A DNA stretch of 23,212 nt, from contig JBDRGF010000021.1 in NCBI GenBank assembly GCA_043818055.1, positions 1-23,212 on the forward strand, written 5' to 3'. The notes under the pieces are model-generated. The model saw nothing but the letters and a program-made list of their open reading frames with translations, was not told the DNA's origin and made no database searches. How positions within the stretch are numbered: position 1 is the first letter of the stretch; every line of letters starts with the position of its first letter. The position numbers were made by a program, and so were the translations under genes. The DNA comes from Pseudomonadota bacterium. GTDB lineage: Bacteria > UBA10199 > 2-02-FULL-44-16 > JBDRGF01. Of this stretch, positions 17,999 to 23,212 are shown piece by piece.

Positions 17999-18730
17999 AT
18001 GGCAAAGGCGTATGAAGTAAAATTTGAAAAGCTCTCATTTGGCTATCCCGGTGCTGCGACTATTTTAAACGAGGTCGATTTCAGGATAGGCAAGGGTGAA
18101 GTAGTAGCGCTCGCAAGTGCTGTAGGTTCGGGCCGTTCGACATTTTTAAAGCTCTTAGCCGGAATAGTAATGCCTGTCGAGGGTCAGCTCAATATCGACG
18201 GGATGAACTTCTGGGAATATTCAGCCATCGAGAGAAACGAGATGCGCCGCAAGATCTGTTTCTTTTTTCAGGACGCCTCTCTCATAGCAAACGAGATGAT
18301 CTTCGACAATCTGGCCTTGGAGCTGCGCTATCACGATGACTGGGATGAGGCGAAGATCAAAAAGATGATCATGGCAAGACTCAATGAGCTTGGTCTTGAT
18401 AAATTTGCAAACTCGAGACCGGCCACTTTGAGCTTCGACCAGCAGAGAAAGGTCGCTTTTATACGTTCCACACTTTCCGAGGGAAGCTTCTACTGCTGGG
18501 ATGAACCGACTCAGGGGGTATCTTCCAGCATGGTTCGCAGGATAGAATCCTTCATCCTTGAGAGGAAACGCGAGGGAATTCCGTCGATGATCGCAAGCTA
18601 CGATGAGGATTTCGTCATGAATGTCGCGACAAGATTGATAGTTTTAAAGGATCATAAGATATGCTATGATGGTGAGGTCAAAAAAGAGCTTTTGTCTCAG
18701 GATGTGATTGAAAAAAGGGATGAGGGATGA
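17999..18730 (+). CDS. MlaF-like ABC ATP-binding protein with degenerate motifs
   Basis: ABC fold motifs in order: SAVGSGRST, FFFQD, LSFDQ, YCWDEPT, IASYD; lies between mlaE and mlaD. Confidence 0.82.
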   Translation: MAKAYEVKFEKLSFGYPGAATILNEVDFRIGKGEVVALASAVGSGRSTFLKLLAGIVMPVEGQLNIDGMNFWEYSAIERNEMRRKICFFFQDASLIANEMIFDNLALELRYHDDWDEAKIKKMIMARLNELGLDKFANSRPATLSFDQQRKVAFIRSTLSEGSFYCWDEPTQGVSSSMVRRIESFILERKREGIPSMIASYDEDFVMNVATRLIVLKDHKICYDGEVKKELLSQDVIEKRDEG

Positions 18731-18733
18731 TCG

Positions 18734-19540
18734 ATGAATATCTATTTTAAATTTAAACACATCAATAAGCTGATCGGGGCATTTGCGATTCTGGCGTTTT
18801 TCATCCTGCTCGCTTTTATCGTCATGATCGCGCGGGGTCAGAAATGGTTTCAGGATTATGCACATTATCAGTGCAGCTTCAGCAAGAGCGGTGGAATCAA
18901 GGTTGGCGCCCCGGTGACGATAAACGATCTACAGGCGGGGAGCGTAAAAAAACTAGTCTTGGATGACGAAAACCGGGTCACGTTTTCTATCGAGGTCTTC
19001 AAGGAATACTCGGATCGGATTCGCGAGGGAACGCAAGCCTCGCTCTATATTCCATTTGTTGGGCAGTCCACCGTCGTTTTGAAACTGGGAGATCAAAGCC
19101 TGCCGCTCATTCCTGAGAAAGGTGCGATCAAGGTCAAGGATATGGGGGAGGGCGATCTTGGGGCGATGATAACCAGCGCGACGAAGTTGCTCGATGAGCT
19201 GAACGATCCCGACAGCAACCTTCAGGGGATATTGAATAACGTGGAGGGGATTACAAAGAGGATCGATACAACCATCAACAAGGAGGATGGAACATTTCGC
19301 CTGATTATGGAACATCGCGATCTTTACGATCAGGCGATCAAGCTGGTGAAGCATGCAAACGAGGTGATGGGGGCGGTCGCTAATTCTTCCGGAGATGTCG
19401 AGGCTTCGATATTAGAGGCCAGGCGCGCACTGGAAGAGGCGAATAAAATCATACTGGCTTTGGAGGACAGCTTCCTCCTGAAGAGCAAGATACAGAAACT
19501 TGAAAACGAACCGGCAACATTGGTGAATCAGGGAAGGTGA
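18734..19540 (+). CDS. mlaD: MlaD/MCE family protein with helical C-terminal extension
   Basis: N-terminal TM helix, FSKSGGIKVGAPVTINDLQAGSVKKL MCE motif, coiled-coil tail. Confidence 0.87.
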   Translation: MNIYFKFKHINKLIGAFAILAFFILLAFIVMIARGQKWFQDYAHYQCSFSKSGGIKVGAPVTINDLQAGSVKKLVLDDENRVTFSIEVFKEYSDRIREGTQASLYIPFVGQSTVVLKLGDQSLPLIPEKGAIKVKDMGEGDLGAMITSATKLLDELNDPDSNLQGILNNVEGITKRIDTTINKEDGTFRLIMEHRDLYDQAIKLVKHANEVMGAVANSSGDVEASILEARRALEEANKIILALEDSFLLKSKIQKLENEPATLVNQGR

Positions 19541-19551
19541 AAAAAGAAAAA

Positions 19552-19661
19552 GCGCATGTGGCATGTGGTAAAACCTCGACAGCCAAGCCCTTCCCCCTTG
19601 ACGGGGGAAGGTGGCCGTAAGGCCGGATGGGGGTGAGGTTTTTACCACATACCACATGCGC
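19552..19661 (+). repeat. CATGTGG-flanked composite palindromic element, copy 4
   Basis: Near-identical to copy 3 (three substitutions counted); arms GCGCATGTGGCATGTGGTAAAACCTC and GAGGTTTTTACCACATACCACATGCGC. Confidence 0.9.
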
Positions 19662-19674
19662 CGTTAGAGGTACT

Positions 19675-20589
19675 ATGAAACATTTTATCTCAATAATTAT
19701 CGTATTCTCGATCATAGTTGCAGCTTGCAGCTCCGGTCGTCCTAAGGACGTCATCACGAAGAAGCATGGAGATGCTCAGTATCTGCTCATCAGCGGGAAC
19801 AGGATGTTCTATGACGGACGCTACGATCAGGCGGCTAATTATTATGCGAGGGCAAAGGGGATCTACCTCACGATCGACAATCAGGAGGGGGTAGCGCGCG
19901 CAGTTAATAATATTGGAGAGCTCTACGCTATCGCTGGAGATGATAAGAGCGCTAAACAAAATTATGATGAAGCGCTTCGCATAGGGGAGCAGGGCGACAT
20001 CACCCTTGTTAAGGCTGTGGCGCTCAATAATTTAGGGGCGTTGTATTTAAAAGAGGGAAGAACGGAAGATGCCCGTAAGAACTTCGAGAAGGCTTTGAAC
20101 CTCTATGAGGCAGGTAAAGATAATGTGGGGACGGGTGTCGCGCTATCGAATCTGGGTTTAAGCTATATAAAAAAGGGGGATTTTGCAGAGGCGGAAATGC
20201 TCTTGAATCAGGCGCTGAAAATTTTAAAGCCGACCAAAAATCATCGCTCGATCGCATCTGTTTTTCAAAACTTCGGCAGGCTATATGAAGCTAAGGGTGA
20301 TTATGAAAATGCGCTTTTAAATTATGAATATGGTCTCAAGGAGGATAAACTGATCGAGTATTCGGTGGGAATCGCTGACGATCTCATAAAGATCGCGAAC
20401 ATTTATGAGAGGATGAACGATAGCAAAAAAGCTCTTTCCTATTATGAACGCGCCTACGACATCTATAACAAACTCAAATTCCAAAAGGACTTGATCTCAA
20501 CGGGAGAATCGATTATCCGGCTTGCAGGTAGTACGGGCGATTCAGGTATAACAAAAAAATACAAACTTGAGCTGAAGGAATTAAAATGA
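19675..20589 (+). CDS. Tetratricopeptide repeat lipoprotein
   Basis: MKHF + hydrophobic stretch + lipobox VAAC; repeated A..LNNLG.LY...G...A...YE.AL TPR units; ATG 19675 after GAGG. Confidence 0.87.
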   Translation: MKHFISIIIVFSIIVAACSSGRPKDVITKKHGDAQYLLISGNRMFYDGRYDQAANYYARAKGIYLTIDNQEGVARAVNNIGELYAIAGDDKSAKQNYDEALRIGEQGDITLVKAVALNNLGALYLKEGRTEDARKNFEKALNLYEAGKDNVGTGVALSNLGLSYIKKGDFAEAEMLLNQALKILKPTKNHRSIASVFQNFGRLYEAKGDYENALLNYEYGLKEDKLIEYSVGIADDLIKIANIYERMNDSKKALSYYERAYDIYNKLKFQKDLISTGESIIRLAGSTGDSGITKKYKLELKELK

Positions 20590-20599
20590 TGGAGGAATT

Positions 20600-20788
20600 A
20601 TGAAAGTAATTGTCGATAGAGAAACATGTATCGGTTGTGGCATCTGTCCTGACGTCTGTCCGGAGGTCTTTGAGATGGGGGATGATGTTGCTATTGTGAA
20701 AGTTGACGAGATCCCTGATGGCATGGAGGAAGCAGTCAAGGATGCCGCGAGCCAATGTCCGGTAGAGGCGATTTCAGTGGAGGAGTGA
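20600..20788 (+). CDS. Single-cluster ferredoxin (4Fe-4S or 3Fe-4S)
   Basis: CIGCGICPDVCPEVF...CPVEAI; SD GGAGG. Confidence 0.93.
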   Translation: MKVIVDRETCIGCGICPDVCPEVFEMGDDVAIVKVDEIPDGMEEAVKDAASQCPVEAISVEE

Positions 20789-20803
20789 GTGCAAAAGGCT
20801 TAG

Positions 20804-21214
20804 CTACTCATAATCCCAAACATGTTTTCTCAAACTCTTTTTTTCGGACTGCTTCTTTTTCTCTTTGAGGATTTTCTCTTTAGCCCGTTTGTTTCTCTTT
20901 TGTTTTTGCTTTTTTATCTTCCATTTTTGTTTTTGAGCCTTACTCTTTTCCCCCAAAATTTTAACTTCCAATTTATCAACGAGTATGCGGCGCGCTAAGT
21001 ATCGGTTGAGCGTCTGAGATCTCTCCTGTTGGCATTTCACCTCAATGCCAGTTGGAATGTGTTTCAACACAACACATGTGGAGGCCTTGTTCACCTTCTG
21101 CCCGCCCGGCCCTGATGAACGGACGAAATGCTCCCTGATATCGGATTCTTTGAGGCCGAGTGCGTCCATCCTTCTTTGAAGTTCTTTTTTCTTTGTTTCC
21201 GATACAGGTGGCAT
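20804..21214 (-). CDS. Stop-codon-independent peptidyl-tRNA hydrolase (GGQ; ArfB/mtRF-R-like)
   Basis: FVRSSGPGGQKVNK, HIPTGIEVKCQQERSQTLNR, Lys/Arg-rich C-terminal tail; no codon-recognition domains. Confidence 0.88.
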   Translation of the reverse strand: MPPVSETKKKELQRRMDALGLKESDIREHFVRSSGPGGQKVNKASTCVVLKHIPTGIEVKCQQERSQTLNRYLARRILVDKLEVKILGEKSKAQKQKWKIKKQKQKRNKRAKEKILKEKKKQSEKKSLRKHVWDYE

Positions 21215-21224
21215 ATGGGGGAGA

Positions 21225-22559
21225 TTAACATGTTTTTTGAGTAGTGGAAAGATTGAATCTCCTGATATCTAAAAAGATCTTAAAGATATCGTCGCGTGTA
21301 AAATCGAGTCCAAAGTTGTTGAATGCCGAGCTTCTTCTGGCGATGTGATCGTCGGTGTATTCAAATCGTTTCATCTCTTCGAAGATATCCATCCCTGGCA
21401 CGTTGTAGAAGATGGATGGGGAGATGAGCGTCTTTTTGCTCTTCAGATAATCGACAGTCTCAATCATTTCGCTTAGGGGCTGGGTTGGAATGCCAAGGAT
21501 GATATAAGTTGTGACTGGCAATTTGAGTGAGTTCGCTGTTTCGAGAACATCTTCGTAATATTCAACGGATTCAGGTCGCTTTAAATTTTCGCGCGATACG
21601 ACCTTTCCTGTGGCTATTGCGAGATCGAGCTTTTTAAAACCTGCTCTCTTCATCAGGGATAGAAGTTTACTATCAAGATGAGAAACATTGAGACCATTAG
21701 ATGCCATTACTTCGATGCGATCTCCAAATTTTGCGATAATCTTTTCCAGCAATATCTTGATGCGATCCTTATCGAAGAGGAGATTGTCATCCTGAAAATC
21801 AAAGACTTCGATCCCAAATCTTTCAACGCATTCTTCAATCTCTGCGATCACATTGTCTATGGAACGCGTCCTGTGTTTATGCCCGCATACTGAATGAACT
21901 GAACAGAATGTGCAACGATGAGGACATCCGCGAGATGTCAGAATCATCGTGTAGCGCTTTTTTTGAAATGTATAGGCATCCGGATCTATGAGATGTCGCG
22001 CTGGAAATGGAATTGAATCGAGATTTTCTATGAGATGATTCTTCGCGACTTGATGTAAGGATGGCGTTGAGAGGAACTCTGCTAAACTATTTTCACCTTC
22101 ACCTCTGATGACATGATCTATGTGACCCCCTCTCAAAAGTGAGTCGGGATCGTTTGTCGCGTGATGTCCGCCTGCGATCACAGTGATATTTGGCTTAGCA
22201 ATTTTGATCGCCTTTGCAGTTTCGATCACCTCGTTCACATAGGGTGTGAACATGGAGCTCAAAATTACTATGTCGGGTTCGCTCTCGCACACCCGTTTTT
22301 GTATTTTTTCGTAAGAGAATCCAAAATGTTTATAGCCAACGAACAAATCGTTTTCTTTAGTGTATAAGTTTCGAAGGTAATCAAGGTTTTTCGGAATTTC
22401 GCATGTTTTGGCATGCGAAATCTTTCTGGCATCGAGAATTTGAGATTTTATCGAATGTTTTTCCAGAGAGCCGGCGATATACAGAAGGCCTAGCGGGTAT
22501 TCCCTGAATCTTGTCCGATAAAAATCGCGGATTGGCGGCTGTATCAGAAGAACTTTCAT
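21225..22559 (-). CDS. Cobalamin-binding radical SAM protein
   Basis: MKVLLIQPP, PLGLLYIA, GGHHAT, GEGE, TSRGCPHRCTFC (CxxxCxxC), FQDDNL. Confidence 0.92.
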   Translation of the reverse strand: MKVLLIQPPIRDFYRTRFREYPLGLLYIAGSLEKHSIKSQILDARKISHAKTCEIPKNLDYLRNLYTKENDLFVGYKHFGFSYEKIQKRVCESEPDIVILSSMFTPYVNEVIETAKAIKIAKPNITVIAGGHHATNDPDSLLRGGHIDHVIRGEGENSLAEFLSTPSLHQVAKNHLIENLDSIPFPARHLIDPDAYTFQKKRYTMILTSRGCPHRCTFCSVHSVCGHKHRTRSIDNVIAEIEECVERFGIEVFDFQDDNLLFDKDRIKILLEKIIAKFGDRIEVMASNGLNVSHLDSKLLSLMKRAGFKKLDLAIATGKVVSRENLKRPESVEYYEDVLETANSLKLPVTTYIILGIPTQPLSEMIETVDYLKSKKTLISPSIFYNVPGMDIFEEMKRFEYTDDHIARRSSAFNNFGLDFTRDDIFKIFLDIRRFNLSTTQKTC

Positions 22560-22715
22560 CGAAGATGGCTTCTAATAGAAGTTGATTTCGACGGCAAGGA
22601 ATTTAATAATTGCATCAGAGTATTGCATGTGAGAAAATACGATAAATTGCTATTGACGCTTACGGTCGCATAGGCCTTGATGGCCTTAGCGGTCTTTTTA
22701 TTTATGGAGGAAAAT

Positions 22716-23212
22716 ATGCGCACTAGAATAATCGTTTCGCTTGTTTTGTTTTTATCATTAACCTGCATGCCATCTGTTCATGCAATAACTAAGGGGGAAA
22801 ACATGATTAAAAAGGGCTCAAAGGTGAGCATACATTATGTATTGAAAGTTGAGGAGGAGGTCGTCGATTCATCAGAGGGGAGAGAGCCTCTTTCATATGT
22901 TCAAGGTTCCAGCCAGATCATACCCGGGCTCGAGAAGGAGCTTGAAGGTTTGAAGCCAGGTGATAAAAAAAGCGTAGATGTTCCGGCGGAGAATGCCTAT
23001 GGAAAACACGACCCAGAGGCCATTCAGACTGTACCCAAGAAGGTTTTCAAGGAGCCCGATGTTCTTAAGGTGGGTCATATCGTGACAGGTTCTGCACAGG
23101 GGCACGAGTTTCAGGCAGTGGTCGTAGCTATCGATAAGGACAACGTGACGCTCGATCTTAATCATCCACTAGCCGGCAAAAAACTCCACTTCGATGTCGA
23201 AATAGTCAGCGT
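22716..23212 (+). CDS. slyD: FKBP-type peptidyl-prolyl isomerase (SlyD family), 3'-truncated; alternative start at 22803
   Basis: Not in ORF track; hand translation MIKKGSKVSIHYVLKVEEEVVDSS..EPLSYVQG..QIIPGLEKEL...AENAYG...DLNHPLAGKKLHFDVEIV; in-frame 29-codon extension from ATG 22716. Confidence 0.92.
   Translation, partial: MRTRIIVSLVLFLSLTCMPSVHAITKGENMIKKGSKVSIHYVLKVEEEVVDSSEGREPLSYVQGSSQIIPGLEKELEGLKPGDKKSVDVPAENAYGKHDPEAIQTVPKKVFKEPDVLKVGHIVTGSAQGHEFQAVVVAIDKDNVTLDLNHPLAGKKLHFDVEIVS

Noticed and set aside
4846..19661. Repeat copies as a CRISPR array
   Set aside because: Copies are kilobases apart, separated by whole genes, with no repeat-spacer periodicity and no cas genes.
8253..19674. 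ORF-track start positions 8253, 9437, 11312 and 19627 (also 16342 and 16788)
   Set aside because: The first four extensions lie within repeats; downstream ATGs fit the family N-termini, signal peptides or SD positions better in all six.
4819..19757. Similar short ORFs beginning MACS (4819-5010, 13178-13420, the 8253 extension) and ORFs 19412-19657 and 19449-19757 as a peptide family
   Set aside because: They are translations of the palindromic repeat, appear on both strands, lack SDs and overlap real genes.
22893..23165. 90-aa - strand ORF, and ORF 22556-22768
   Set aside because: Antisense to slyD and its leader; no recognisable features.

Overview
Bacterial chromosomal segment; the gene repertoire suggests a deltaproteobacterial-type, possibly uncultured lineage (inference). 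Left to right: a partial family-5 peptide ABC substrate-binding protein (- strand); an AT-rich insert with a REP doublet inside MITE-like ends and a Schlafen/AlbA_2-HATPase_c_4-wHTH gene behind stacked palindromes; two uncharacterised lipoproteins; a Yej/Opp peptide ABC operon running into pgi; an internally duplicated zincin-like orphan; a HEPN-MNT toxin-antitoxin pair; an MlaE/MlaF/MlaD (MCE) operon with a degenerate ATPase and a TPR lipoprotein; ferredoxin; a GGQ ribosome-rescue factor; a B12 radical SAM enzyme; and a SlyD-type PPIase with an in-frame signal-peptide extension. The most distinctive non-coding signal is seven intergenic hairpins made of 7-8 bp tandem units followed by their reverse complements. 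Four are copies of one composite palindromic element, and one copy supplies the oppF stop codon. No CRISPR array, rRNA, tRNA or transposase was seen.
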